This document shows positions 8,978 to 20,106 of a stretch of 64,000 nucleotides of DNA, one piece after another. This DNA comes from an uncultured Pelagibacteraceae bacterium. Its GTDB lineage: Bacteria; Pseudomonadota; Alphaproteobacteria; Pelagibacterales; AG-422-B15. The stretch covers positions 57,087 to 121,086 of the forward strand of contig CACIQL010000002.1 of NCBI GenBank assembly GCA_902588785.1, in the 5' to 3' direction. Numbering within the stretch: the stretch's first letter is position 1; each line of letters begins with the position of its first letter. The notes below the pieces were generated by a model. The model did not search any database and was not told where the DNA came from. It saw nothing but the letters and a program-made list of their open reading frames with translations. The position numbers were made by a program, and so were the translations under genes.

Positions 8978-11548
8978 TTATTTTTTAGAAGATTTTTTCT
9001 TTTTCTTACCTGTTTTTTCTAGTTTTTTTTCAATCAAATCAATAGCTTCTTCCATTAGAATCTCCTCAGGGTCAATATTATCGGGAATTGTGGCATTAAT
9101 ACTTTTATATTTAATATAGGGTCCGAACTTTCCTTTCATGACTTTGATTGGTTTTTTATCATCAGGATGTTCTCCTAAAGTTTTGATTTCAGATGAACTT
9201 TTAAGTCTGCCAGGCTTTGCATTAGCAAGTAGAGAAACTGCTCTATTAATACCAATATCAAAAATTTCAGAATTATCCTCAAGGCTAGCATTTTTATCAC
9301 CACAATTAATGTAGCCACCATAGCGGCCATAATTCACAGTAATAATTTCACCTGTTTCAGGATGACCACCTATCTCTCTTGGTAAACTTAATAAATACTG
9401 AGCTTTCTCTAAATCAATTGCAGAGGGGGAAATTCCTTTAGGTACCGAGGCTCTCTTTGGTTTTTCTTTTTCAACCACATCACCAAGCTGAACGTATGGC
9501 CCAAATCTTCCATTCAATAATTTAATATCTTGTTCTGACTCAGCATCTTTTCCAAGAATTGTATCTTCAAATGCTTCTTTAATTTTTTTATGAGAGATAG
9601 GTCTTGTAAACTTACAATCGGGATAGTTGGAACAGCCTACGAACGCTCCAAATCGACTTACTTTAAGACTTAGTTCACCTTCGCAGTTTTCAGAAGGGCA
9701 ACTTCTTGATATTGCCTTTTCTCCATTAGTTTTTTCTTTTTGTTCAAATATATGGGACTTAAGAATTTCATTTAAATTATCTAATATATTAGTAATTCTC
9801 AAATCAGTAACATCACCTACATTTGTAGAAAAATTTTTCCAAAAATTTTCTAAAAATTCAGTCCATTTTATTTTTCCAGAAGTAATTTCATCAAGTGATT
9901 CTTCCATTCCAGCAGTAAACTCGTAATCAATGTACTTTGAGAAAAATCCTTTAAGAAACGCCGTTATCAATATTGCTCTATCAACAGGTACAAACCTATT
10001 TTTATCAAGTTCAACATAATTTCTTGTTTTTAGAACTGATATTATACTTGCGTATGTTGACGGTCTTCCTATGCCCAATTCTTCTAATTTTTTTACTAAA
10101 CTTGCTTCAGAGTATCTCGGGGGTGGTAGAGTAAAATGCTGTGTTTTTGTTGGTGAAACTGACTTTATGTTCATTCCTTTCGAAATAGCGGGCAATGTAA
10201 CCTCATCTTCATCTTCCTCATTTTCATCTTTTTTAATTTGTTCATCTCTTTTTACTTTAAACTCACTATAAATATTCAAAAACCCATCAAATTTTACTAC
10301 AGAACCGTTTGCTCTCAGTTTCAATTCATTCTTTTCAGAGCTGATATCAATAGCTGTTCTTTCAAATACAGCAGAACTCATTTGACTTGCAAGCGCCCTT
10401 TTCCATATTAATGAGTATAATTTTAAGCTATCTGTATCTAAATATTTTGAAACCTGATCAGGCGTTAATTCAATATCAGTAGGTCGAATTCCCTCGTGAG
10501 CTTCTTGGGCGTTTTTAGCTTTTTTTGATTTGTAAGTTCTTACTTCATTAGGACAATACCCATTCTCAAAATTTTTTTTCAAATAGTTCCTGTACGTTTC
10601 AATTGCTTCTTTAGATATATCAGTACTATCAGTACGCATGTAAGTTATTAAACCAACTGTTTCACCATTAATTTCAATACCTTGAAATAATTTTTGTGCA
10701 ATTTGCATTGTTCGAGAAGCGCCAAAACCATAAATACTTGATGCAGTTTGTTGGAGTGTTGAGGTAGAAAAAGGTGGCTCCGGGTTTCTCGATGCTGGTT
10801 TTTTTGTAATATCTATTATTTCAAATTTATTATTTGAGAATAAATTTACAATTTTTTTCGCATCATCTTCAGACTTAAAGCTAAATTTTTCTACTTTTTT
10901 TCCTTCTACAGAAAGTAAATTAGATTCTATATTAAATCCATCTTCAAATTGTACATTGCCTTTAATTTTCCAATACTCATCAGGATCGAAAGATTCTATG
11001 GCAAGTTCACGTTCACATATCAATCTTAGTGCAACTGATTGAACTCTTCCTGCTGATTTAGCTCCAGGTAACTTTCTCCATAATACAGGTGATAAATTAA
11101 AGCCAAATAGATAATCCAGTGCTCTTCGAGCTAAATAGGCGTCTACAAGATCAGTGTCAATATCTCTTGGATTGGCAATTCCATTTTTTACTGCATTTTT
11201 TGTGATCTCACTAAAGACGACTCTCTTGACAGTTTTATCCTTTAATAATTTTTTCTTATTTAATAGCTCAACAATGTGCCATGCAATTGCTTCACCTTCT
11301 CTATCTGGGTCAGTTGCAAGATAAAGTGTAGATGCATCAGCACTGGCATCATAAATCTCTTTCATATGTTTCTTTGAAGTTGAAGAAACTTCCCACTCAA
11401 AAGCAAAATTATTTTCTGGATCTACCGAGCCATTTTTAGATGGCAAATCACGAACATGACCAAAGCTTGCAAGTACATTGAACTCACTTCCTAAGTATTT
11501 ATTTATTGTTTTAGCCTTAGCTGGGCTTTCTACTATTACTAAATTCAT
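8978..11548 (-). CDS. topA: DNA topoisomerase I
   Basis: 856 aa. Toprim start LVIVESPAKAKTI, DPDREGE, active-site region ITYMRTDS, and one C4 zinc ribbon CPSENC...CSNYPDC. Confidence 0.95.
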   Translation of the reverse strand: MNLVIVESPAKAKTINKYLGSEFNVLASFGHVRDLPSKNGSVDPENNFAFEWEVSSTSKKHMKEIYDASADASTLYLATDPDREGEAIAWHIVELLNKKKLLKDKTVKRVVFSEITKNAVKNGIANPRDIDTDLVDAYLARRALDYLFGFNLSPVLWRKLPGAKSAGRVQSVALRLICERELAIESFDPDEYWKIKGNVQFEDGFNIESNLLSVEGKKVEKFSFKSEDDAKKIVNLFSNNKFEIIDITKKPASRNPEPPFSTSTLQQTASSIYGFGASRTMQIAQKLFQGIEINGETVGLITYMRTDSTDISKEAIETYRNYLKKNFENGYCPNEVRTYKSKKAKNAQEAHEGIRPTDIELTPDQVSKYLDTDSLKLYSLIWKRALASQMSSAVFERTAIDISSEKNELKLRANGSVVKFDGFLNIYSEFKVKRDEQIKKDENEEDEDEVTLPAISKGMNIKSVSPTKTQHFTLPPPRYSEASLVKKLEELGIGRPSTYASIISVLKTRNYVELDKNRFVPVDRAILITAFLKGFFSKYIDYEFTAGMEESLDEITSGKIKWTEFLENFWKNFSTNVGDVTDLRITNILDNLNEILKSHIFEQKEKTNGEKAISRSCPSENCEGELSLKVSRFGAFVGCSNYPDCKFTRPISHKKIKEAFEDTILGKDAESEQDIKLLNGRFGPYVQLGDVVEKEKPKRASVPKGISPSAIDLEKAQYLLSLPREIGGHPETGEIITVNYGRYGGYINCGDKNASLEDNSEIFDIGINRAVSLLANAKPGRLKSSSEIKTLGEHPDDKKPIKVMKGKFGPYIKYKSINATIPDNIDPEEILMEEAIDLIEKKLEKTGKKKKKSSKK

Positions 11549-11635
11549 ATCCTTATAAACGCGCTCTTTAATATATTTTTGTGAGCTTTGTCAAATTTTC
11601 ACAAAAAATATTTTATAATTGGCAGAATATAAGGC

Positions 11636-12217
11636 TTAATACAATTTCTTTTCTTCACGCTTTAATAAGCGATTTATATTTTCATGATGAGAAAAGATCA
11701 TAATTAGATTTATAATTAAACACATAAAAGAAACATTGAAATCAAAATAAAATAATGAAGTTAACGAAATTAAATTTGCGGAAAGCAAACTTGCAAGTGA
11801 CGAATATCTATAAATTACAAAAATTATAATCCAACTTACTCCAAGAGCTAAAAATAAACAAAAGTTAACTGCAAATATAATTCCCATAAAAGAAGCATAT
11901 CCTTTACCTCCTTTTAAATCATCAAGCCATATAGGAAATATATGACCTATTAGAATAAAAGTTCCAGATATAAAAAGTAAACTATCATTGATTGCCAGAG
12001 TGAGGGTTATTGGTATTAACGCTTTAAAAAAATCAACAAATAGTGTAATTCCTGCAGCTGAAAAGTTTCCTGTTCTTAATACGTTCGTAGCCCCAATATT
12101 TCCTGAGCCAATACTTTTAAGCTCCCCTAAATTAAATAACCTTGATACCAAAATACCAGTTGGGATTGATCCTAGAAGGTAGGAAAAGTAAATTATTAAA
12201 ATTATCTCGAATATCAT
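11636..12217 (-). CDS. plsY: Glycerol-3-phosphate acyltransferase PlsY
   Basis: YLLGSIP and GSGNIGATNVLR motifs; multi-TM. The chosen start makes an ATGA overlap with the pyrB stop (tcat at 12214-12217). The longest ORF starts at 12238. Confidence 0.88.
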   Translation of the reverse strand: MIFEIILIIYFSYLLGSIPTGILVSRLFNLGELKSIGSGNIGATNVLRTGNFSAAGITLFVDFFKALIPITLTLAINDSLLFISGTFILIGHIFPIWLDDLKGGKGYASFMGIIFAVNFCLFLALGVSWIIIFVIYRYSSLASLLSANLISLTSLFYFDFNVSFMCLIINLIMIFSHHENINRLLKREEKKLY

Positions 12218-13152
12218 TTTACCATAATTGACAAACAAGCCATCCGAACAGCTACTCCATTTTCAACCTGTTCAGTTATCACTGATTTATTTACATCATC
12301 AGCTAGTTCATTCTCTATTTCTACACCTCGATTAATTGGACCAGGGTGAAGCACTAGTACTTCAGGCTTTGCTAATTTTAACTTTTCATAAGTAAGTCCA
12401 AAACTTCTAAAATAATCGTCTGCTGATGGAAGATTTAAATCTTTTATTCTTTCATTTTGGATTCTAAGCATCATTACTATATCAGCATCTTTTATGCCTT
12501 CTTCTAAATTTGTGAACGTTTCAACATCATATTTATCTAAATCTTTTGGTTTAAAATAATCAGGAAATACGAATCTAACTTTTGATTTCATTTTATTTAG
12601 AAGATAGTAGTTTGACCTTGCTACTCGACTATGTTCAAGATCACCACATATTGAAACTGTGATATCATTAAGCTTTCGATTGTGATTCATGATTGTATAA
12701 GCATCAAGCAATGCTTGTGTGGGATGTTCATTAACACCTTCTCCAGCATTTATAACAGGACATTCTAATATTTTAGCAATTTCTTTTGAGGCATCATTTT
12801 CTCCATGTCTGATAATTACAAGATCAGGGTTCATTGCTCCTAAAGTTTGAGCGGTATCAAATAAACTCTCACCTTTTCTTAATGAAGATCCTTCAATATT
12901 CATATTAATTACATCAGCGCCTAATCTTTTAGCAGCTATTTCAAAAGAGATTAGTGTTCTTGTAGAGGGTTCAAAAAAAAGATTTATAATTGTTCTACCT
13001 TTTAAGATCGGTATTTTTTTATCCTTTTCCTTATTGTGCTCTTTGAAAATTTTACTGAGTTCTAAAATATTATTTATATCCTCAATGCTAAGATTTTTTA
13101 TACCATGCAGATGGGTTTGAGAGATTTTAGGGATTTTAATGTTTTCAAGCAT
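12214..13152 (-). CDS. pyrB: Aspartate carbamoyltransferase catalytic subunit
   Basis: 312 aa. FFEPSTRT, HPTQ, HPGP motifs. Confidence 0.93.
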   Translation of the reverse strand: MLENIKIPKISQTHLHGIKNLSIEDINNILELSKIFKEHNKEKDKKIPILKGRTIINLFFEPSTRTLISFEIAAKRLGADVINMNIEGSSLRKGESLFDTAQTLGAMNPDLVIIRHGENDASKEIAKILECPVINAGEGVNEHPTQALLDAYTIMNHNRKLNDITVSICGDLEHSRVARSNYYLLNKMKSKVRFVFPDYFKPKDLDKYDVETFTNLEEGIKDADIVMMLRIQNERIKDLNLPSADDYFRSFGLTYEKLKLAKPEVLVLHPGPINRGVEIENELADDVNKSVITEQVENGVAVRMACLSIMVK

Positions 13153-13661
13153 TAATTCATTCTTTTAATATAATTTAATGCACCTTCCAAGATAAATGCT
13201 GAAGCGAGACTATCAATTTCTTTTTTTTCATTATGAGCTTTTTTTCTGCTTTTAGAATTATCTGTATATAACCTGTCCACAGCAACAGTAGAAAGTCTTT
13301 CATCCCAAAAAGAATAGGGAATATTCAAAGACAAATTTATAGCTCTTGATTTATCACGAATTGATTGAGCACTTTTTCCCTCACCACCATCCATATTTAA
13401 TGGCAGTCCAATGATGAGGGCTTTAACGGCGTGAAGTTTAACTAGCTCATTTAATTCTTTCAGAAAGTCTTTCATGTTTGAATATTTAATAGTTCTTAAT
13501 GGTAAAGCCCCCGTCATATCCGATGTAGAAATTGCAACTCCGATTCTTTTACTGCCAATATCCAATCCTAGAATTTTATGATTACTTTCCACTAATGACT
13601 TAAATTCTGCGATATCTACTTCTTTTTTTGTTTCATTAGTCATTTTTTGACTGTATATCAT
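13152..13661 (-). CDS. ruvX: Holliday-junction resolvase-like nuclease RuvX/YqgF
   Basis: ILGLDIGSKRIGVAIS start motif and a C-terminal DERLST(V) motif. The true start may be an internal Met. Confidence 0.85.
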   Translation of the reverse strand: MIYSQKMTNETKKEVDIAEFKSLVESNHKILGLDIGSKRIGVAISTSDMTGALPLRTIKYSNMKDFLKELNELVKLHAVKALIIGLPLNMDGGEGKSAQSIRDKSRAINLSLNIPYSFWDERLSTVAVDRLYTDNSKSRKKAHNEKKEIDSLASAFILEGALNYIKRMN

Positions 13662-13692
13662 ACATTAATTTAAGTTAGTACCTCATATAAAT

Positions 13693-13980
13693 ATGGAATT
13701 TGATAAGAAAAGTCTTTTAAAACTTGGAAAGTTAGCAAGAATTTCAATCAGTGACGATAAACTCAATAATCTTAGTAAGGATCTTAATTCAATCTTAGAA
13801 TTTGTTGATCAGTTAAAAGAAATTAAAACTGATCAAGTTGATCCGACATCTAATTCCCTTAATCAAAAATTAGAAGTTAGAGATGATAAAGTGGATACTA
13901 AGAATAGTGCTGAAGATATATTAGAAAATGCACCTGAAAAAGAAATGGACTTTTTTGTTGTTCCAAAAGTGATCGAATAA
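13693..13980 (+). CDS. gatC: Glu/Asp-tRNA amidotransferase subunit C
   Basis: 95 aa. Lies immediately upstream of gatA with a TAATG overlap. GatC-like LARISI...L..IL.FV..L pattern. Confidence 0.88.
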   Translation: MEFDKKSLLKLGKLARISISDDKLNNLSKDLNSILEFVDQLKEIKTDQVDPTSNSLNQKLEVRDDKVDTKNSAEDILENAPEKEMDFFVVPKVIE

Positions 13981-15456
13981 TGAAAGATAGTTATACATTA
14001 AAATCGCTGGCAGTTCTTTTGGAAAATAATAAAATATCATCGAAAGAGTTAACTTCAGAGTATTTAAAAAATATTAAAAATGGTAAAGAGTTAAATTGCT
14101 ATAATACTATATCACAAGAGAAAGCTCTTATTGATGCTGAAAAGTCTGACGAAAGAAGAAAAAGTCAAAATCTCAGAAGTAAGTACGACGGAATTCCAAT
14201 TGGAATAAAAGATTTATTTTGTACGAAGGGTGTGACTACTACTGCATCAAGTAAAATTTTGTCAAACTTTGTTCCAAATTATGAGTCTACAGTAACTCAA
14301 AATTGTGATGATGCAGGCTTGATTAGTTTAGGCAAATTAAATTGTGATGAATTTGCAATGGGTTCAACTAACAAAACTAGTTTTTTTGGTTCGGTTAAGA
14401 ATCCATGGAAATCTCTAAATTCTGATAATGAGCTTGTTCCAGGAGGATCATCTGGAGGTTCAGCAGCAGCAGTTTCAGGTGATCTTTGTGTAGCCTCTCT
14501 TGGAACGGATACTGGAGGCTCAATTAGACAGCCGGCTTCTTTTACAGGTACTGTTGGTTTGAAACCTTCATATGGAAGAGTATCCAGGTGGGGAATAGTT
14601 GCATTTGCATCTTCATTAGATCAAGCGGGACCAATTACAAAAAACCGTTGAAGACGCTGCAATCTTATTAGACATTATATCGGGTCATGATGAAAAGGAC
14701 TCAACTTCTTCGGTTAATCCAAAAGAAAATTATTATGAAAATTTAAATTCAGACATAAAAGGGATGAAGATTGGAATACCGAAGGAATTTAGAAGTGACA
14801 AGCTTCCAGCTAGTACTCAAAAAAGCTGGGATGAGTGTGCAAATGTACTAAAAACTAATGGAGCAGAAATAGTAGATATTAGCTTACCTCATACAATGAG
14901 CGCTTTGCCCGCTTACTATATTATCGCACCTGCAGAAGCTTCATCAAATTTAGCTCGCTATGATGGAGTAAGATATGGACTAAGAGTCAAAGGAAATGAT
15001 CTCATTGATATGTACGAAAAAACGAGATCAGAGGGATTTGGTGATGAAGTAAAGAGAAGAATATTAATTGGCACATATGTGCTATCATCTGGATATTATG
15101 ATGCTTATTATATTAAGGCACAAAAGATTAGATCATTAATAAAAAGTGACTACGCTGAAGCCTTTAAAAAAGTTGATGCAATTCTCACTCCTTCAACACC
15201 TTCAACGGCCTTTGAAATTGCAAATGAGCCTTCTGATCCAGTACAAAACTATCTAAATGACATTTTTACTGTTCCTGTAAATCTAGCGGGCTTACCAGGT
15301 ATATCAATTCCCTTCACAAATGACGAAAATAATTTGCCAATTGGCTTACAATTGATAACAAATTCATTTGAAGAACAAAAATTACTCAATGTTGCTAGAA
15401 ATATAGAGGAAACTATTAACTATTCAGAAACTCCAGAAAAATGGTGGCTTAAGTGA
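13980..15456 (+). pseudogene. gatA: Glu/Asp-tRNA amidotransferase subunit A with an interrupted reading frame. Frame-0 ORF 13980..14651 continues in the +1 frame from 14644 to 15456.
   Basis: Amidase signature GGSSGGSAAAV lies in the first part. The sequence CCA ATT ACA AAA AAC CGT TGA (A6 at 14639-14644) ends the frame. Skipping one A reads [26 protein letters not shown]... and continues into ORF 14764..15456. Confidence 0.9.
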
Positions 15457-16883
15457 TAGAGGGTTGGAATTTAGTTATTGGAATAGAGATCCATGCTCAA
15501 GTTAATTCAAAATCTAAATTATTTTCATCATCACCAACCGATTTTGGATCTAAACCTAATAGTCAAGTTAGTTTAATTGATGCAGCAATGCCAGGTATGC
15601 TGCCTGTAATAAATAAATTTTGTATTGAGCAAGCCGTTAAGTCAGGGATTGGATTAAATGCAAAAATAAATAAAAAATCTATTTTTGATCGTAAGAATTA
15701 TTTTTATCAAGACCTACCACAAGGCTACCAGATATCTCAGTATAAAGACCCAATAGTGGGAGAAGGATTTGTTGAAATAGAAACTGAAAACGGTCAAAAG
15801 AAAATAGGAGTTGAAAGACTTCATTTAGAACAAGATGCAGGGAAAAGTTTGCACGATCAGGATCCAAACTTCACTTTTGTTGACTTGAATCGATCAGGAA
15901 TTGCTTTAATGGAAATTGTATCTAAACCAGATATGAACTCACCAGAGGAGGCTGTTGAATATGTTCGAAAAGTTAGAAGTATTCTTAGATATCTTGGTAC
16001 ATGTGATGGAAATATGGAACAAGGATCTCTAAGAGCCGACGTAAATGTTTCTGTAAACAAGCCTGGAAATGAATTAGGTACAAGGTGCGAAATCAAAAAC
16101 TTAAACTCATTTAAATTTATTCATGCAGCTATCGTTTATGAAGCAAAAAGACAAATAAAACTAATTGAGCAAGGAGATAGTGTTAATCAAGAAACAAGAT
16201 TATTTAATACGCAGTCTGGTGAAACGAGATCAATGAGGTCAAAAGAAGATGCTCATGATTATCGATATTTTCCTGATCCAGACCTTTTACCACTCACTTT
16301 GGATGATGACTGGATTAAAGGTTTACAAGACTCAATACCAGAATTGCCAGATCAAATAAAAGAGAGATTTATTAATGAATACTCTCTTAGTTCTTATGAC
16401 GCAAATATTATTGTTTCAGACAAAGCAACAAGTGAATATTTCGAAGACGTTGTAAAGAATAGGAATCCAAAACTTGTAACAACATGGGTAACTGGCGAAT
16501 TATTTTCAATACTTAATAAAAAAAATCTTATTATTGAGGATAGTCCAATTACTTCAAAACAACTTGGTGAACTGGTTGATAACATCGAAAATGGTAAGAT
16601 TTCAAACCGTCAAGCAAAGGAAGTGCTGGAGGAAATGTGTGAAAGTGGCAAAGGTGCATTAGAAATTATTGATGAAAAAGGTTTGTCTCAAATTAGTGAT
16701 GAAAATGAAATAGAAAGCTTAGTTGATAATGTATTAAATTCAAATCCAGAAAACGTTAAAAAATATAAGAATGGAAAAGATAAACTTTTTGGTTTTTTTG
16801 TTGGTGAGGCTATGAAACTTTCTAAAGGTAAAGCTAATCCAAAAATAGTTAATGATCTTATCAAGAAAAAGTTATCACAATAA
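15453..16883 (+). CDS. gatB: Glu/Asp-tRNA amidotransferase subunit B
   Basis: 476 aa. [17 protein letters not shown], and a C-terminal GatB/YqeY domain. GTG start overlaps the gatA stop (GTGA). Confidence 0.95.
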   Translation: MIEGWNLVIGIEIHAQVNSKSKLFSSSPTDFGSKPNSQVSLIDAAMPGMLPVINKFCIEQAVKSGIGLNAKINKKSIFDRKNYFYQDLPQGYQISQYKDPIVGEGFVEIETENGQKKIGVERLHLEQDAGKSLHDQDPNFTFVDLNRSGIALMEIVSKPDMNSPEEAVEYVRKVRSILRYLGTCDGNMEQGSLRADVNVSVNKPGNELGTRCEIKNLNSFKFIHAAIVYEAKRQIKLIEQGDSVNQETRLFNTQSGETRSMRSKEDAHDYRYFPDPDLLPLTLDDDWIKGLQDSIPELPDQIKERFINEYSLSSYDANIIVSDKATSEYFEDVVKNRNPKLVTTWVTGELFSILNKKNLIIEDSPITSKQLGELVDNIENGKISNRQAKEVLEEMCESGKGALEIIDEKGLSQISDENEIESLVDNVLNSNPENVKKYKNGKDKLFGFFVGEAMKLSKGKANPKIVNDLIKKKLSQ

Positions 16884-16930
16884 AGTAATTTCTTTTAATC
16901 GATATAAATTTGATATATTAAAACAATGTG

Positions 16931-17025
16931 TGGAGAGATGGGTGAGTGGTTGAAACCGGCTCCCTGCTAAGGAGTTGTGCGGGCTTATACCCGTACCGAG
17001 GGTTCGAATCCCTCTCTCTCCGCCA
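16931..17025 (+). tRNA. tRNA-Ser (anticodon GCU)
   Basis: Acceptor GGAGAGA/TCTCTCC, anticodon loop CTGCTAA, long variable arm (~22 nt), T-loop GAGGG-TTCGAAT-CCCTC, encoded CCA. Confidence 0.93.
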
Positions 17026-17036
17026 CACTACTGTTA

Positions 17037-19151
17037 TTATGATTCTTTTTTCTTACTTGGTTTAATTAAGGTTTTTCCTCCAACATAAGCACGATTGAGA
17101 TTATAAGATAAAGAGTACTCAATTGGTTTCAATCCATTCTCAATAAATTCATATACTTGAATATTTTCCATTACTCTTTGTACATAGTTTCTTGTTTCTT
17201 TGAAAGGTATCAACTCTATCCAATTTTCACTTGTAATATCATCTTTTCTTGGGTCCCCATATTTTTTTATCCATCTGGAAACTCGTGATTCGCCTGCATT
17301 ATAAGCTGCAAGAGACAAAATGTATGAACCATTGTAGTTCGAGAGTAATTTATCTAAATAAGCACTTCCTAAAATTACATTATATTTTGGATCTTCAGTT
17401 AATTTACTCTTTGTATATTCAAGCTTTAACCCTTTTGAGACCCTTTTTGCAGTATACGGCATAAGTTGCATTAATCCTTTAGCTCCTGCATAACTTCCAG
17501 CTTTAGGATCAAACTGACTCTCTTGTCTTGTTACAGAATGTATTAGACTTTGTTCTGGAAAAATAATTTTTCCAAATTCAGGTCTTTCAATTTGAGGAAA
17601 GCTTAGAGGGTCAAGAATTGTGTGGTTATAATATAAAATTTTACCTGCTTGAACTGCAAAATCATGTCTTTCTATATCATTTGCAGTTTTGACAGAATTT
17701 ACAGAAGTACTAAGGTTGTCACGATCAGCAAGATCCCAAATAAATTTTTTAACCAATTTAGGTCTATCAAATTCATTTAATAAAGAGATTGATAAATAAA
17801 CTGGTCGATTTTCTTTATAATCAGTGTTGTTGGCATCGGAATACTCTACTAGCATTGGTTTAAATAATTTCTTTTCTGATAATTTGCTCGCCGCGAGCTG
17901 ACCATAAAAGGTAAGACTGTACAAAGAAGCCTTTTCATACCAGCTTTGCGATTCTTTAGAATTACCAACTTTCTTTAATGCATTTCCCATCCAATAGGCG
18001 GCTCTTGCTTTTGAGATTGGTCTTGATGAAACATTCCAAATTTCTTGAAAATGAAGATAGGCTGATTCTGGATTAGCTAAAAAAGTAAGAGCTATCCAAC
18101 CAGCTAACCACTCAGCCTCAGCAATATCTTTACTTTCATTCAAACCGTGATTTATGGCAAGCGCGTATGCAGTTTCATATTCATGACGGTCAATTAAACG
18201 CCTAATAAGAAAACTTTTTTTATCCCAAAATTTGTCTGGGCGAACTAACTCACTTGAATTAGATTTATTGATATCTAATAATAATACTAGTGCACTATCA
18301 TACTTTCTTTTTTTTATTCGCCAATTAATTCTATCATAAACAAGCCCAGGATCACTTTTCAATTCATCAGGAACCAGTTTTATTAAATTATCTACACCAC
18401 CTGCAAATGAAATTAATCCTATCCTGGCTTCAAATAGTTTTTGATAATCTTTATCAACATATTTTACCAATCTTGCTGCAGTCCTATATTTTCCGTCCCA
18501 CAGTAATTTATTTATTCTTCTTAGATGATGATCTTTATTTAAAATACTTTTATAAGTTTTTATGATTTGAGATTGTTCTTTTCTTGTGAAATTGCCATCA
18601 ATATAACCATCAATAATAAGTCTTTTTCCTTCTTCAGATTTGCCGCTATTTAAAAGTGCGTTACCTAGATAAATTTGACCCCAGCCTGTTTCTGGAGGAT
18701 TATCGCGAAAGTAATTTATTAAATCATCGTAATTATCTCTAAATGTGATTTTTGTTTCAGCTTTAAGTTTTATTTTTTCTATTTCAGGCCAATTTGAATT
18801 TTTCTCAATGTATTTTTTGTAATCAGAAAATGTTAAGTTACTTGCACCATTATAATACCTAAGCCAGTTTAATGTTTCTTTTGCTGTTTCATTATTAATA
18901 TTTTCGCTTATTCCAACCACACGATCCCATTTATATTCATCTGCCTTGTCGAGCGCTAACTCAAATAACTCATAGTCTTTATTGCTCAACAATTGAGAGA
19001 GTGCAGGCTGCACTGGTTTTTTTATTGGGGTCGAGAACCCAGGTCCCGGCAATTCAATGTATAGACTTCTCTTTACAGGCGTTATTTCTCCAAAAGAAGA
19101 TATTCCTGAAATAAAAAATAGACTTACTACAAAAATGATTAATTTTTTCAC
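17037..19151 (-). CDS. slt: Soluble lytic murein transglycosylase (Slt70 family)
   Basis: 704 aa. Signal peptide, long superhelical N-terminal region, and a C-terminal SLT domain ESQFDPKAGSYAGAKGLMQLMP ... AYNAG. Confidence 0.9.
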   Translation of the reverse strand: MKKLIIFVVSLFFISGISSFGEITPVKRSLYIELPGPGFSTPIKKPVQPALSQLLSNKDYELFELALDKADEYKWDRVVGISENINNETAKETLNWLRYYNGASNLTFSDYKKYIEKNSNWPEIEKIKLKAETKITFRDNYDDLINYFRDNPPETGWGQIYLGNALLNSGKSEEGKRLIIDGYIDGNFTRKEQSQIIKTYKSILNKDHHLRRINKLLWDGKYRTAARLVKYVDKDYQKLFEARIGLISFAGGVDNLIKLVPDELKSDPGLVYDRINWRIKKRKYDSALVLLLDINKSNSSELVRPDKFWDKKSFLIRRLIDRHEYETAYALAINHGLNESKDIAEAEWLAGWIALTFLANPESAYLHFQEIWNVSSRPISKARAAYWMGNALKKVGNSKESQSWYEKASLYSLTFYGQLAASKLSEKKLFKPMLVEYSDANNTDYKENRPVYLSISLLNEFDRPKLVKKFIWDLADRDNLSTSVNSVKTANDIERHDFAVQAGKILYYNHTILDPLSFPQIERPEFGKIIFPEQSLIHSVTRQESQFDPKAGSYAGAKGLMQLMPYTAKRVSKGLKLEYTKSKLTEDPKYNVILGSAYLDKLLSNYNGSYILSLAAYNAGESRVSRWIKKYGDPRKDDITSENWIELIPFKETRNYVQRVMENIQVYEFIENGLKPIEYSLSYNLNRAYVGGKTLIKPSKKKES

Positions 19152-19231
19152 GAAATAGTTATTTGTTTGATTTGCACAAGTATATTTATGATTAAGGTTT
19201 TTTTAAATAATTAAAAGTGCTATTGTAAACA

Positions 19232-20104
19232 ATGTTTAAAGGATCTCATACAGCATTAATTACGCCTTTTGACGGCAAATCTATTGATGAAAAATCATTT
19301 AGGTCTCTGATAGATTTTCAAATATCAGAAGGTATACATGGACTGGTTCCTGTAGGCACAACAGGCGAGTCACCAACTTTAAGCCACGAAGAACACAAGT
19401 TGGCAGTTGAAATATGTGTTGATGAAACAGCAAAACGTATTCCAGTAATAGCAGGAACAGGATCAAACAACACCGACGAAGCAATCGATCTCACCATGCA
19501 CGCTGAAAAAGCAGGTGCTGATGGAGCTTTAGTAGTTACACCATATTATAATAAACCTACACAACATGGTTTATACTCACACTTTGAGGCAATTAGTAAG
19601 GCAACTACACTTCCAATTATTATTTATAATATTCCTGGCAGATCAATCGTTGATATGAATACAAAAACAATGAGGGATTTGTTTAAAATTAAAAACATTG
19701 TTGGAGTAAAGGATGCTACTTCAGATATACCAAGAGTTTATGAAACCAAAACAACAATAGGAGAAAATTTTAATCAATTAACAGGAGATGATGCAACTAC
19801 TTTAGCTTTTATGATTTATGGTGGTCACGGATCTATCTCAGTGACGTCTAATATCGCCCCAAAATTATGTTCTGAATTTATGAAACATTGTTTAGATCAA
19901 AATTTTGCTAAAGCTTCTGAGATAAATGACAAACTGATGCCGTTGCATCATGCTTTATTTGTTGAGTCCAGTCCTGCCCCTGTAAAATATGCTGCTTCTA
20001 AGCTTGGTTTATGTAAGGATGACATAAGACTGCCGCTCACAAGTATATCGGATGAAACTAAGCAACTAGTTGATAAAGCTATGAAGCACGCATCATTAAT
20101 ATAG
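19232..20104 (+). CDS. dapA: 4-hydroxy-tetrahydrodipicolinate synthase
   Basis: 290 aa. [31 protein letters not shown]. Confidence 0.95.
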   Translation: MFKGSHTALITPFDGKSIDEKSFRSLIDFQISEGIHGLVPVGTTGESPTLSHEEHKLAVEICVDETAKRIPVIAGTGSNNTDEAIDLTMHAEKAGADGALVVTPYYNKPTQHGLYSHFEAISKATTLPIIIYNIPGRSIVDMNTKTMRDLFKIKNIVGVKDATSDIPRVYETKTTIGENFNQLTGDDATTLAFMIYGGHGSISVTSNIAPKLCSEFMKHCLDQNFAKASEINDKLMPLHHALFVESSPAPVKYAASKLGLCKDDIRLPLTSISDETKQLVDKAMKHASLI

Positions 20105-20106
20105 CC

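Noticed and set aside
14620-14651. A prfB-style programmed +1 frameshift in gatA, with an in-frame UGA soon after the slippery site.
   Set aside because: The UGA lies two codons beyond the slippery AAA rather than adjacent to it. I see no convincing Shine-Dalgarno-like stimulator at the required short distance upstream. The idea is kept only as a minor alternative within the gatA finding.
14652-14763. An apparent 112-nt non-coding gap between the two gatA ORFs, which could look like an intergenic regulatory region.
   Set aside because: The +1 frame across it encodes conserved GatA sequence ([21 protein letters not shown]...). It is coding sequence displaced by the frameshift.
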